The notes under the pieces: model-generated
Seen by the model: only the letters and a program-made list of their open reading frames with translations
The model's database searches: none
What the model was told of the DNA's origin: nothing
Made by a program: the position numbers and the translations under genes
Part shown: piece by piece, positions 9,801-19,032 of the stretch
Layout: every line of letters begins with the position of its first letter
How positions within the stretch are numbered: the first letter of the stretch is position 1
NCBI GenBank assembly: GCA_037132955.1
Contig: JBAXPF010000001.1
Coordinates: 1-61,786 of the forward strand
DNA: 61,786 nucleotides
Reading direction: 5' to 3'
Source: Verrucomicrobiota bacterium
GTDB lineage: Bacteria > Verrucomicrobiota > Verrucomicrobiia > Verrucomicrobiales > Akkermansiaceae

Positions 9801-12800
9801 AAGGCAGCCCGGGAACCTACCGCTGGCTGGACGGCTCACCTCTAAGTTATGTCAATTGGGATGCTGGATTCCCTTCCAGCAGTTCTGCGCTATCACAACC
9901 ATTTGTGGCATTATGCAACTTGGGGGTGGCCTATCCCAGTCGCCATGGCGAAGATCGCAGAGTCTCATGGCTTGGACCATGGCGTAACATGACCAGCGCG
10001 GCAGCAACGAATGCCGACGATTGGTCGTATATGGATGGCTTGGCGTTCATCCTGAAGCTGCCTGGCACTTGGACGGCAGAACAACTGAATGCCGAGGCGG
10101 TCACCCGCAATGCGCTGGAATTTATCCGCCCGCGCATGGGCGGCGATATGACCCACAATGCTTTTCTGAGCAAATATTGGGATCCGAATGTCAATACTTG
10201 GATGCATATCCGCGCGTCGGGTGGTGATTCCCCCACCATGAGTTTTAACTACTTCGCCTCCATGAACTTCAACTATTGGGGCACCACGTCCACAACCTTG
10301 ATCGATCACATGATCGTCGATTACAACGACAACTTCAACAGCGCGCACGTCGATTACGCCCCGGTACAGGCGCATGGCTATGCCGCCACCTATCCCTTCG
10401 TCGAGCAGGTGCTGATCAACGGCATCCCTGCTGAATCGGTGCCGAAGTTTGGCACGGAACGCGCGGATTTCAAGCTGACCTTCAACCGCGATATGGACAT
10501 GACGGTCGAGCCGTTTGTCACTTTTGGCCCGAGTTCACCCTACACCGATTTCCAAGTCACGGCACGCGACGCGGATTTCCAGCCGCTGACCCACGGCTGG
10601 TTGAATCCGCGGACGTGGCAGGGCTCGGCATGGATCACGCCGATGAGTGGGGACGGCTATCATTTGATGCGCATTTCGGGCGCAGTGGCGGCGGATGACC
10701 CATGGCTGGTTACTGGTTATGATGTCGGGCGCTTCCGCTTCGAGGTGCGCTCGATGGAAGTAGCGGCCATGACCCTGCAAGCCAACGGCCAGGAAGGGGC
10801 GATTCACCTACAATGGCAGCAGGATGATTTCGATTTGCTCGCTGGCTACAACCTCTATCGGGCCACCAGCGCGTCTGGGCCCTGGGTGAAACTCAACACC
10901 ACCCTGATCCCGCCGGGTTCGGAAAACTATGACGACCTGGCCGTGGCACCGGCAGTGCCGATGTATTACAAATTCAGCGTTTTGAGTACGGACTTCCAAG
11001 AGAGCGATTTCTCCAACGTGGCGATGGCGGCGGCGATCGACACGGTGATGCCGACAATCACCCACGTGCCGGTCACCACCGCGGCCCCGGCACGCGGGAT
11101 GCGCGTCACGGCCACCGCCACCGACAACCTGCGGGTGACAGCCGTCACCGTCCATTACCGGGCCTTGGGTGCCACAGGCGCCTACACGGTGATGTCTGCG
11201 GCCAACCTAACAGGAAATACCTGGACGGCGACCCTCCCCGGTTCGGCGGTGGTGGCGCCGGGCTTGGAGTATTATGTGGTGGCGACGGATGGCATCAGCG
11301 AGGCGTTCAGCGGCACGCCGGTGTTGCCGCATCAGGTGACGGTGAGCAACGTGCCGACCCTGGCTTCGGTGACTCCGGGCAGCGGTCCGGCAACGGGTGG
11401 CACATCAGTCACCCTGAGCGGCATGTTGTTTGATCCCGGCATCTCGGTGTTGTTCGGCGGAGTGCTGGCAAGCAATGTCCAGGTAATCAACTCCGGCCAA
11501 TTGACCTGCGTGACCCCCGCCCATTTTCCGGCCACGGTGGATGTCAAGGTGGTCAACGCCGACCTCACCGAGAGCACTTTGCTGAACGGCTTCCGCTTCG
11601 AGGATACCGGGGTGGTGGTGTCCGCGCCTAACACATTGGGCAATTTTGGCAGCCAGGTGGACATTGCGGTGTCGGCATCCAACTTGGTCGGGTTGCTCGG
11701 CGCGGATCTAACGATCACCTGGAATCCGGCGGTGCTCACGGCGGTGAGCGCCCGTGTCGGCACGGTCACCGCCGGTTGGGCTATTGCTCCCAACCTCAGC
11801 ACTGCGGGCCGGGCGGTGCTGTCATTGGCCAGTGCCAGTGCCGTGAGTGGCAGCGGGTCGCTGGTGATCCTGCGTTTCAATGTCATCGGCAGCCCGCCGG
11901 TCTCGACGCCGTTGGTGATTGAGAGCGTGTCGCTCAATGACGGTGCGATGACAGCTTCCCGCAGTGAGGGTCTGTTCACCGTGAACGGCTTCTTTGATCT
12001 GGCGGGTACGGTGCGCTACTTCAAGACCGGCACTGCGGTGCCGGGTGCGGCATTGTCGCTGGCGGGCGTGGGCAGTTTCCCCGCCACCACCGGGTCAAAC
12101 GGAAATTTCGCCCTGACCAGCATTCCGACCGGGAGTTATATGTTAACTCCGACGAAGGCGAATGATGTGAACGGTGCGATCACCGCGTATGACGCGTCGC
12201 TGGTGTTGCAAAAGGCGGCGGGCTTGATCACGCTGTCGGCCGAGGAAACCCGCGCGGCCGATGTAAACCGCAATGGCATCGTCTCCGCGATGGATGCTTC
12301 CTATATCCTTGGAGCCGCGGTCGGGATCAATTCGTTGCCATTCCCCGGTGCCGGCCGGGTCTGGGATTTCCTGCCGGACCAGCGGACCTACAGCCTGCTC
12401 AATACCAATCTGACAGGTCAGGATTTCACGGCGGTGTTGCTTGGCGATGTCTCGGCCAATTGGAGCCCCGGGAGCGTGCCACAGTCGATCATCCAAACGG
12501 GGGCGGTGGCGTATGCCTTGGTGCATGACGCGGTCAACACCCCGGATCGCAACACGGCATGCCTGCTGGTCAGGACGACCCAGCCCGCGATCTACGGCTT
12601 GGATCTATCCGTAAGTTATGACCCCGCACTCACGCTCTTGGAAGTGCGGGTGGGCGCCCTCGGCTCGAATCATACGGTGGCGTTTCATTCGCCGGCCGCG
12701 GGTAGCGCCCGGATTGCGGCAGCCAGCGCGTTGCCGGTGTCAGGCGAGGGAGTCATGTTGGAACTGCATTTCAGCGGGCCGCCCGGCAACGTGGCGGTGA

Positions 12801-13234
12801 CCTCGGTGCAGTTTGATGAGGCGCAGGTGTCTGCCGTGGCGGATCCGACGCTCGATGTGTTCGACACGGATCACGACGGTTTGACCAATATCATGGAAAC
12901 CGAGGTCTATCACACGAATCCGACCGTGGCGGACTCCGACGGGGACGGCCAGAACGATGGCCAGGAAGTGATCGCCGGAACCTCTCCAACCGATGCGGCA
13001 TCCGTCTTTGCCCTGAAGACGGTGGAGAACCTGCCGGGTGATACTGTGAAACTCACTTGGTCGTCAGTCCAGGGACGGACCTATCGGGTTGAAGTGTCGG
13101 AAACCCTGGCTGCTGGCCAATGGCTGGAGGCTTGTCCCGCAATCACGGCTACAGCCAGCCTAACAACAACTACGGTTCCGAAAGCGCCGGCACACAGCCG
13201 CGGATTCTATCGTATTGCGGTTGCCGCGCCTTGA
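6863..13234 (+). CDS. Large secreted S8 subtilase with beta-helix, C-type lectin, FN3, IPT/TIG, cohesin, dockerin, TSP3-like and C-terminal sorting domains
   Basis: Triad motifs VIDTG / HGTHVAG / GTSMAAP; FIGLTD..YRWLDG..YVNW (C-type lectin); PTLASVTPGSGPATGGTSVTLSG (IPT); DVNGAITAYDA..DVNRNGIVSAMDA (dockerin); DTDHDG..DSDGDG; LTWSS..GRTYRVE..FYRI tail. Start 6863 or 6881. Confidence 0.88.
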   Translation: MSSSSIMNTIGSPVRRVVLLVALAGMGANSVASAASGGALGVPVGGGNAIEQWAAQPSSPPASGGNLQPGAVAFEVPPGAVAEPLEVVVKLRKGSVAAGVWAQADREALAIGQALAAENELTFLLGKHGVTAVQPVFGRAKQPGQPAVPQGAGGVAVAPNPQAEQRAALFRWCRLQLPAGTDLQKVITDLKANPAVECAEPVHEYKLCDIDPPITGLPDSTSDPMMPQQWHHAAAKSQAAWNYLKLNGAPMGGYSDVVVAVIDTGTDYNHQDLVGNIWTNPREIPGNGIDDDGNGFIDDIHGCSVTSDSRSHSGDPIDLHGHGTHVAGIIASTAFNHLGGVGVAFGVKIMPIRAAHYSGTLTTTDISEAVLYAVDNGADVINMSFGGSQYSQLVADTLQVALAQAVLVASAGNGGPYQPPMYPAALKYVIGVMASDAEGKPCWFTNLKGDLAAPGEGILSTLPGHDYAAWSGTSMAAPVVAGAAALMRSYFWQREIWSSRFIMGSLVNSGPNLDIYRAITEPPQPGVTLLETWMFDDKGIDPANDGDGRVDSGETVHLALELMNRSGEAEGVTAYLQAWAEGAVMPDPYVTVTVPEISMGNIGPFNTTDNGFIYNSEGVITGVDQPFVFEVSKDCPNEHVIEFELTINFYDGWNPQNTEPYTRISRFQYVVQRGKNLPTVISSDMVLTADEYWIVGGPVLIEPGATLTIMPGTQLQWGAISDDPYNPGPQTGNMVVRGNLRVQGTCEQPVAMFPSYMVSGQAVNIRVDGGTAEMAYVKVRSANVTGLGVIDHAYFDSDLGSGATINAAQITNTIFHKLRYGGRIWASSFEGCLFGAGWLGPQSSRDNNTPAAASPKIINCTFLQDNENNMPLSIYPNKSLDTAFVGGVPSQFNGSNNYRGAKIGMYRAVTRNGFTYVTLPVESTSYLQQAEWIAQSLGGHITSIADQSEQTFLENYVTLPPSFPAQPPHMVTYFIGLTDEGSPGTYRWLDGSPLSYVNWDAGFPSSSSALSQPFVALCNLGVAYPSRHGEDRRVSWLGPWRNMTSAAATNADDWSYMDGLAFILKLPGTWTAEQLNAEAVTRNALEFIRPRMGGDMTHNAFLSKYWDPNVNTWMHIRASGGDSPTMSFNYFASMNFNYWGTTSTTLIDHMIVDYNDNFNSAHVDYAPVQAHGYAATYPFVEQVLINGIPAESVPKFGTERADFKLTFNRDMDMTVEPFVTFGPSSPYTDFQVTARDADFQPLTHGWLNPRTWQGSAWITPMSGDGYHLMRISGAVAADDPWLVTGYDVGRFRFEVRSMEVAAMTLQANGQEGAIHLQWQQDDFDLLAGYNLYRATSASGPWVKLNTTLIPPGSENYDDLAVAPAVPMYYKFSVLSTDFQESDFSNVAMAAAIDTVMPTITHVPVTTAAPARGMRVTATATDNLRVTAVTVHYRALGATGAYTVMSAANLTGNTWTATLPGSAVVAPGLEYYVVATDGISEAFSGTPVLPHQVTVSNVPTLASVTPGSGPATGGTSVTLSGMLFDPGISVLFGGVLASNVQVINSGQLTCVTPAHFPATVDVKVVNADLTESTLLNGFRFEDTGVVVSAPNTLGNFGSQVDIAVSASNLVGLLGADLTITWNPAVLTAVSARVGTVTAGWAIAPNLSTAGRAVLSLASASAVSGSGSLVILRFNVIGSPPVSTPLVIESVSLNDGAMTASRSEGLFTVNGFFDLAGTVRYFKTGTAVPGAALSLAGVGSFPATTGSNGNFALTSIPTGSYMLTPTKANDVNGAITAYDASLVLQKAAGLITLSAEETRAADVNRNGIVSAMDASYILGAAVGINSLPFPGAGRVWDFLPDQRTYSLLNTNLTGQDFTAVLLGDVSANWSPGSVPQSIIQTGAVAYALVHDAVNTPDRNTACLLVRTTQPAIYGLDLSVSYDPALTLLEVRVGALGSNHTVAFHSPAAGSARIAAASALPVSGEGVMLELHFSGPPGNVAVTSVQFDEAQVSAVADPTLDVFDTDHDGLTNIMETEVYHTNPTVADSDGDGQNDGQEVIAGTSPTDAASVFALKTVENLPGDTVKLTWSSVQGRTYRVEVSETLAAGQWLEACPAITATASLTTTTVPKAPAHSRGFYRIAVAAP

Positions 13235-13236
13235 GG

Positions 13237-13267
13237 CGGATCCCATCCGGACACGGGTTTGGATCCG
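13237..13267. terminator. Hairpin between convergent genes
   Basis: CGGATCC..GGATCCG stem directly after the S8 stop codon; no long U-tract. Confidence 0.35.
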
Positions 13268-13294
13268 GGCAACATGCCCAGTCCACGGTGGCCG

Positions 13295-14122
13295 TCACGG
13301 CTCGCCGATGGTCGGTTGGGGGACGGCCATGGCGGTGGCTTTGACGCCGCGGGTGAGGACTTCCTTGGCGGACTTGCTGTCCGGAGCGACCTCGCGGGCC
13401 ATGCCACGATAGCGCAGCGCTGTGTAGCCGAGTGCGAGCAGGGCGTCCAACGGTGCCTGTTTGAGGCCGGGTTTCCAATAGTCGGGAGCGCCGCCGGTTT
13501 CGTAATAGTAGAGCCAGGTGTGCTCCGGATTGGACCAACCGGCGCAAAGGATCACATGGCGGTGGGGGATGTTGAGCACGTCGCCGGGCCGCAAGTCGCG
13601 CGCGCTGGGCAATTCCGTGCAGACGGCAGGCAACTGGGTGGTGTCATGCACGGCGGGCAGCTTCAAGCAGCGCGAGACGAAGCCGGAACAATCGACCCCG
13701 GCCGCCTGAGCGCTCACGGCGGCGTTGTCGGCCCGGCGTTTTTCCGGAGAGGAAACATCGCCGCCGGCCAGACCCTTGGCGATGGCCGCATCAAACGTGG
13801 CGGGATCATCAAACCCGCCCCATTTGTAGGGAATACCGGTATTGACCTCGCCTGGAATCCACCACCCCTTGCGCGGCAACCCCGGTTCGTGGCTGACGTC
13901 CGGCGTGTTGACCCGAATGCCGGCCTTGTCCATGGCGTGCAGCATGTTGTTAGAAAACGGTCGCCACGGGTGGGTGGCGAGGCTTTGGGCGATGGCGATC
14001 GACTCGCTGGGTGTGAGCTGCGAGGGGGCGCTGGCGTCGCCCGGCACGAGCGGCACCGTGGGTGGCGGCGGCACGGCACAGCTGGTGACGAGCAGCAGCA
14101 AGGGCAAGGAAAAAATTTTCAC
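13295..14122 (-). CDS. NlpC/P60-like lipoprotein
   Basis: GTG start, lipobox LLLLVTSC; GIPYKWGG, VDCSGFVSR and LRPGDVL..HVIL motifs. Confidence 0.75.
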   Translation of the reverse strand: MKIFSLPLLLLVTSCAVPPPPTVPLVPGDASAPSQLTPSESIAIAQSLATHPWRPFSNNMLHAMDKAGIRVNTPDVSHEPGLPRKGWWIPGEVNTGIPYKWGGFDDPATFDAAIAKGLAGGDVSSPEKRRADNAAVSAQAAGVDCSGFVSRCLKLPAVHDTTQLPAVCTELPSARDLRPGDVLNIPHRHVILCAGWSNPEHTWLYYYETGGAPDYWKPGLKQAPLDALLALGYTALRYRGMAREVAPDSKSAKEVLTRGVKATAMAVPQPTIGEP

Positions 14123-14237
14123 GGGCGGAGGATGTGAGGTGAGTGGTGCGTGGTCAAACAAATGCAGTGCCCCACGGCCATGTGGGCTGTCCGGCTTGAG
14201 ATTGACTTGCGGGGGCGCGCCTTGCAGGCTGCTGGCC

Positions 14238-15611
14238 ATGACCATTCGCCTCGCGTTGTTCGTCATTCCAGGTCTCGCGCTTGCGGGAGCAGCGGCCGCG
14301 CCGACCCCCAGCCCGCGCACGGCGCTGGTGATAGGCAATGCCAAATACGAGGCGGGCGTGGGACCGCTTCGCAACGCGGTGAGCGATGCCAAGGCCGTCG
14401 CTAAAACCTTGCGCGGCCTTGGATTTTCCGTGATAGAGGAGCACAACCTCACCCGGGATGAATTGTTAGAATCGGTGGCCGAGTTTCGCGGCAAACTGCG
14501 CGACGCGGAAGTGGCCCTGTTTTACTACGCCGGCCATGGCATCCAGGTCGCCGGCTCGAACTACCTTATTCCCGTGAAATCCGGCTATCAGCCCGGTGCG
14601 GCCGACGACACCACCCAGCGCATGCTGGCGGAAACCAAGCTTTTCAACGCGGAGCAGGTCATCGCCGAGATGAGTGCCGCCGGCGGGCGTTGCAACCTTG
14701 TCATTCTCGATGCTTGCCGCAGCACGCCGGTGGCCCGCAACCCACGCACCCGCGACGTGGCCAACCCTGGCGGGCTGGCCGAGATGAAGCCGCCCGCAGG
14801 CTCGCTCATCGCGTTTGCCACCGATGCCGGACGCACCGCGCAAGATGGCGATGGTGCCAACGGCCTCTACACCGAGGAGTGGCTCAAGCACCTGCGCACC
14901 CCCGGCCTCACCATCGAGCAAGTCTTCAAACGCACGCGGGCCGGCGTCATGGAGCGCAGTGCCGGCGCACAGATTCCCGCCGAATACTCCCGACTCGTCG
15001 GCGAGGACATCTATCTTGCGGGCACCAGCACCGTGGGTGGCGTACCGCCGGACGCCACGGTGGGCGCACCGAAAGCCGTGCCCGTGGCCATTCCCACGCC
15101 GGCTGCCATCAACAAGCTGGCCGCCGCGGGCAAGACCGTCGATTGCATCGCCGCCCTCAAGCTCACCGCCACCAGCCGGGGCCCCGGCGATTATGCCGCC
15201 GCCCCGCTGGACACCTTGTTGGAGTTCGCCAAGGAAAACCTCAAGGAAACCAGTGAGCCCTCACCCAAGGTCGAAGCCGCCATGCACACTTGCGAGCTCG
15301 TGCTCGACGCCTTGGGCGTGTGCCTGCCGCCGGGCCACGTGCAAAAATCCGCGCTCACCGCCAAAGCGCAAAACCGCCGAGGTGACTGTCTGCTGGTTCT
15401 CGGACGGGCGGAAGAGGCGCTTCCCGCCTACGAGGCCGCCATCCTGCTGGCCCCCGAGGATGCCTACCCGATCTTTAATCGCGGCCGCACCCAACTCGCC
15501 CTCGGCCACGCGGACGCCGCCAAAGCCGATTTCACCACCGCCGCCGATCCCAAGTTCAAGCAACCCAAGGCGCGCAAGCTCGCGTTGCAGGCACTGGCGG
15601 ATTTGAAGTGA
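14238..15611 (+). CDS. Secreted caspase-family (peptidase C14) protein with C-terminal TPRs
   Basis: ALVIGN, LRNAVSDA, FYYAGHG (His), ILDACR (Cys); TPR-like NRRGDCL..AEEALPAYEAAILLAP. Confidence 0.88.
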   Translation: MTIRLALFVIPGLALAGAAAAPTPSPRTALVIGNAKYEAGVGPLRNAVSDAKAVAKTLRGLGFSVIEEHNLTRDELLESVAEFRGKLRDAEVALFYYAGHGIQVAGSNYLIPVKSGYQPGAADDTTQRMLAETKLFNAEQVIAEMSAAGGRCNLVILDACRSTPVARNPRTRDVANPGGLAEMKPPAGSLIAFATDAGRTAQDGDGANGLYTEEWLKHLRTPGLTIEQVFKRTRAGVMERSAGAQIPAEYSRLVGEDIYLAGTSTVGGVPPDATVGAPKAVPVAIPTPAAINKLAAAGKTVDCIAALKLTATSRGPGDYAAAPLDTLLEFAKENLKETSEPSPKVEAAMHTCELVLDALGVCLPPGHVQKSALTAKAQNRRGDCLLVLGRAEEALPAYEAAILLAPEDAYPIFNRGRTQLALGHADAAKADFTTAADPKFKQPKARKLALQALADLK

Positions 15612-15845
15612 CAAGCCGCCAGTTCAGCAGGTTGGTGCCAGTTGGGGCGCGCTGGTGAATTAATGGGTTTTTGTTGCTTGACGGGGTGGCGGTCCCATTG
15701 CTTCCTTCGCGTGCGGCATTTGCGGGCTTTTCATCGGACCGTGGGTGACGGTTAGTTACTTTTGCTGCCGTGCCTCACGAAATGTTGGGTGCGGCGCAAA
15801 GGATGATGGCACTGGAACAACATCCGGGAAACCGATTCGAGACGC

Positions 15846-16475
15846 ATGGCAATTGATCCAAAACTGGCGGATGACCTGAAATCGCAGGGAGTGCATGTCA
15901 CTTCCTTTGAGAGCTTGATCAATTGGGGGCGCGCCAGCTCGCTGTGGCCGCTGCAATTCGGCCTTGCCTGTTGCGCCATCGAAATGATCGCCGCCACCAT
16001 GGCGAAATACGACATGGCGCGCTTTGGCGCGGAGGTGTTCCGGCCTTCGCCGCGGCAGGCGGATCTGATGATTGTGGCCGGCACGGTGACCAAAAAAATG
16101 GCACCGCAAGTCGTCCGCCTCTACAACCAAATGGCCGAACCGAAATACGTCATCGCCATGGGTGCCTGCGCAATTTCCGGCGGCCCCTTCAAGGACGGCT
16201 ACAATGTGCTCAAAGGCGTTGATCGCTTCATCCCGGTGGACGTATCCATTCCCGGATGCCCGCCGCGACCCGAAGCGTTGTTGCACGCATTGATCACCCT
16301 GCGCGAAAAAATCGCCAAGGAAAAACTCATGGGCAAAACCCGTGCCCGCCACGCCGATCCGAACGGCCCCGGGGACCTCGCGGTGCCCGTATTCGGCGCT
16401 CACGACATTGAACCGACTTTCAACCCGGACGTTTGGAATCCGCCGCTCATCACCCGCGAAGCCAGCGAATCATGA
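15846..16475 (+). CDS. nuoB: NADH-quinone oxidoreductase subunit B
   Basis: [33 protein letters not shown] and IPGCPPRPE. Confidence 0.96.
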   Translation: MAIDPKLADDLKSQGVHVTSFESLINWGRASSLWPLQFGLACCAIEMIAATMAKYDMARFGAEVFRPSPRQADLMIVAGTVTKKMAPQVVRLYNQMAEPKYVIAMGACAISGGPFKDGYNVLKGVDRFIPVDVSIPGCPPRPEALLHALITLREKIAKEKLMGKTRARHADPNGPGDLAVPVFGAHDIEPTFNPDVWNPPLITREASES

Positions 16476-17074
16476 TGCCTGAAACCGACGCCATCCTCAG
16501 CCGCCTGCGCGCGGCCCTGCCCGCCGCCGTGGTCGCCCAGCGCCGCAACCCCGGACCTTCCGGCCAACATTCCCTGCTCGTTGCGCCCGCCAACCTCGTG
16601 GCGGTCTGCCAATTCCTGCGCGACACCCCCGACCTCGACTTCGACCTGCTCACCAATGTCACCGGCGTGGACTGGCCGGACCCCACCAAAGCCGACGCTG
16701 TCGCTGTGCCGCTGGAGGAAACACCCGCCGCCGCCTGTGGGTTTCTCGAAGTTGTCTATCACCTTTACTCGACCACCCGCCGCGTCGGCCCGCTGGTGCT
16801 GCGGGCTCGCAGCGCCGACCGCGCCACGGGGGTGCAGATCCCCTCGGTGGTGGCGGTCTACCGCAGCGCTGAATTCCAGGAGCGTGAGATTTATGATTTG
16901 TTCGGGGTGGTCTTCACCGGGCATCCGGATTTGCGGCGGATTTTGATGTGGGATGAATTTGAGGACCATCCGATGCGCAAGGATTACGTGGCCCCGGACG
17001 ATTACCAATACGAACCCACTCCCCACGATGCCGTGTTGGAAAAGGCCAAACAGCATTATCCTGCCAAATCCTGA
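16472..17074 (+). CDS. nuoC: NADH-quinone oxidoreductase subunit C
   Basis: [37 protein letters not shown] and HPMRKDY; ATGA overlap with nuoB. Confidence 0.95.
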   Translation: MMPETDAILSRLRAALPAAVVAQRRNPGPSGQHSLLVAPANLVAVCQFLRDTPDLDFDLLTNVTGVDWPDPTKADAVAVPLEETPAAACGFLEVVYHLYSTTRRVGPLVLRARSADRATGVQIPSVVAVYRSAEFQEREIYDLFGVVFTGHPDLRRILMWDEFEDHPMRKDYVAPDDYQYEPTPHDAVLEKAKQHYPAKS

Positions 17075-17131
17075 ATTCTAAACACAAAATCCAAAATTTG
17101 AGTCCCGTGGTTTCTAACTGAATTTACCAGA

Positions 17132-18292
17132 ATGCTTTCCAGCCCGTTGATGCCGCCCGCCGTCAACCCCGCCTCTGCGCCGGGGTTGGACGAGGACCAG
17201 TTGTTGCACGTTTCGTTAGGCCCGCAACATCCGTCCACCCACGGCGTGTTCCGCATGAATGTGGTGCTCGACGGCGAAACCGTCGTCAGCCTCAAGCCCG
17301 TCTTCGGTTACCTCCACCGCAACCACGAGAAAATCGCCGAGGGCATCACCTATCTGTCATCGATGCCGTTCACCGACCGGCTCGACTATATCTGCCCGCT
17401 CACCAACAATTGGGCCCTTGCCCAAGCCGTGGAAAAGCTCGCCGGCATCGAGGTGCCGGAACGCGCCGAATACATCCGCGTCATCACCGCCGAGTTGACC
17501 CGCCTCATCAATCACACCGCATTTGTCGGGTTCTTCCTCGGCGACATGGGAGCCTGGGGGTCCGCGCTGATGTATGCCTTCCGCGAACGCGAGAAAATCC
17601 TCGACCTGTTCGAGGATCTAACAGGCGCGCGGATGATGTCCAATTTCATGCGCTTCGGCGGCTGCCGCAACGATTTGCCTGACGGCTGGGCAGCCCAGGC
17701 CAGCGCCTTGGTGAATGAATTCCCCCGCTTCCTCGATGAATTGGAGAATCTAACCTCCGGCAACGAGATCCTGCTTGCCAGAACCCGCAACGTGGGCGCG
17801 CTCTCCAAGGAAGCGCTCATCAATGGCGGTATCACCGGTCCGATGTTGCGCGCGGCGGGCGTCAACTATGACATTCGCAAGGCCGAGCCCTACGGCATCT
17901 ACGAGCGCTTCTCCTTCCGCATCCCCCTCGGGGAAAAGGGCGATTGTCTCGACCGCCTGATGGTCCGCTTCCTGGAATTGCGCGAGTCGCTCGCCATCCT
18001 CCGGCAGGCGCTCGACCAACTGCCGGAGGGACCCTACATCAACCCGAAGGCGAAGATCCGCAACTTCAAGCCGCCGGTGGGCGAGGCCTACGCCCGCATC
18101 GAAGGTCCCAAGGGCGAACTCGGCTTCCACCTCATCAGCGACGGCTCGGCCAATCCCTTCCGCTACCGCATCCGCCCGCCCAGTTTCATCAATCTAACAT
18201 TGCTCGAGGACATGTGCCTTGGCCTCGACCTTGCCGACGTTGTCATCATCCTCGGCAGCGTCGATATCGTCCTCGGCGAAGTTGATAGATAA
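17132..18292 (+). CDS. nuoD: NADH-quinone oxidoreductase subunit D
   Basis: [31 protein letters not shown] and DIVLGEVDR; no NiFe-binding CxxC pairs. Confidence 0.95.
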   Translation: MLSSPLMPPAVNPASAPGLDEDQLLHVSLGPQHPSTHGVFRMNVVLDGETVVSLKPVFGYLHRNHEKIAEGITYLSSMPFTDRLDYICPLTNNWALAQAVEKLAGIEVPERAEYIRVITAELTRLINHTAFVGFFLGDMGAWGSALMYAFREREKILDLFEDLTGARMMSNFMRFGGCRNDLPDGWAAQASALVNEFPRFLDELENLTSGNEILLARTRNVGALSKEALINGGITGPMLRAAGVNYDIRKAEPYGIYERFSFRIPLGEKGDCLDRLMVRFLELRESLAILRQALDQLPEGPYINPKAKIRNFKPPVGEAYARIEGPKGELGFHLISDGSANPFRYRIRPPSFINLTLLEDMCLGLDLADVVIILGSVDIVLGEVDR

Positions 18293-18299
18293 GCCATTC

Positions 18300-18962
18300 A
18301 TGGAATCTCCCGCCACCCCTCCCCGCGCTTCCAGCCCGCCGCCCCCGGCTGGCTGGTCCGTGCCCGGCATCGGCTTGTTCAAAGGCTTGGTCGTGACCGG
18401 CATGAACATGCTGCAGAGCTATTACCGCAAGGATCGCATGACCACCGTGCAGTATCCCGAGGAACGCGCGCCGATCAGCCCGAATTTCCGCAATTTCCCG
18501 TTTCTGGTCTATGATGGGGACGACGCCATGGCCGGGCTGCGCTGCACGGCCTGTTCGATTTGCGAGAAGGAATGTCCGCCGCAATGCATCTACATCGTGT
18601 TGGACCGCGATGAAAACGGCAAGTCGCTCAAACGCCCCAAGGTGTTCGACATCGATATCTCGGTGTGCATGAACTGTGGGATCTGTGCCGAGGTTTGCCC
18701 GTTTGATTCCATCTACATGGATGGTGAGTATGAACTGAGCAGTCTGGATCGCTTCGGCAGCTTGTTGTTCAACAAAGAACGCCTGGCGCGCTCAACCGAC
18801 TACCACGCCAAGCTCCGCCCGCTTCAAGCCGCCGAAGTCGCCGCCCGCCGCAAGGCCGACGAAGAGAAGAAACTCGCCGCGCAAGCTGCCAAAGAGGCCA
18901 AAGCCAAGGCCGACAAGGAGGCCAGGGACAAAGCCGCGTCTGAGCCACCGCTTGCAGGGTGA
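18300..18962 (+). CDS. nuoI: NADH-quinone oxidoreductase subunit I (2x[4Fe-4S])
   Basis: TVQYPEE, CTACSICEKECP and CMNCGICAEVCP; charged helical C-terminal tail. Confidence 0.92.
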   Translation: MESPATPPRASSPPPPAGWSVPGIGLFKGLVVTGMNMLQSYYRKDRMTTVQYPEERAPISPNFRNFPFLVYDGDDAMAGLRCTACSICEKECPPQCIYIVLDRDENGKSLKRPKVFDIDISVCMNCGICAEVCPFDSIYMDGEYELSSLDRFGSLLFNKERLARSTDYHAKLRPLQAAEVAARRKADEEKKLAAQAAKEAKAKADKEARDKAASEPPLAG

Positions 18963-19032
18963 GCGAGTGCCGCAACGCAAAAGCGCAACACGTCGCCCTT
19001 ACTTCAAGTTCTCATCCCTCCTTTTCAATCTT

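Noticed and set aside
9600-10080. Diversity-generating retroelement target (C-type lectin fold)
   Set aside because: No reverse transcriptase and no adenine-variant template/variable repeat pair seen
17132-18292. NiFe hydrogenase large subunit
   Set aside because: Lacks both RxCxxC and DPCxxC motifs; has NuoD-type DRLDY and GEVDR
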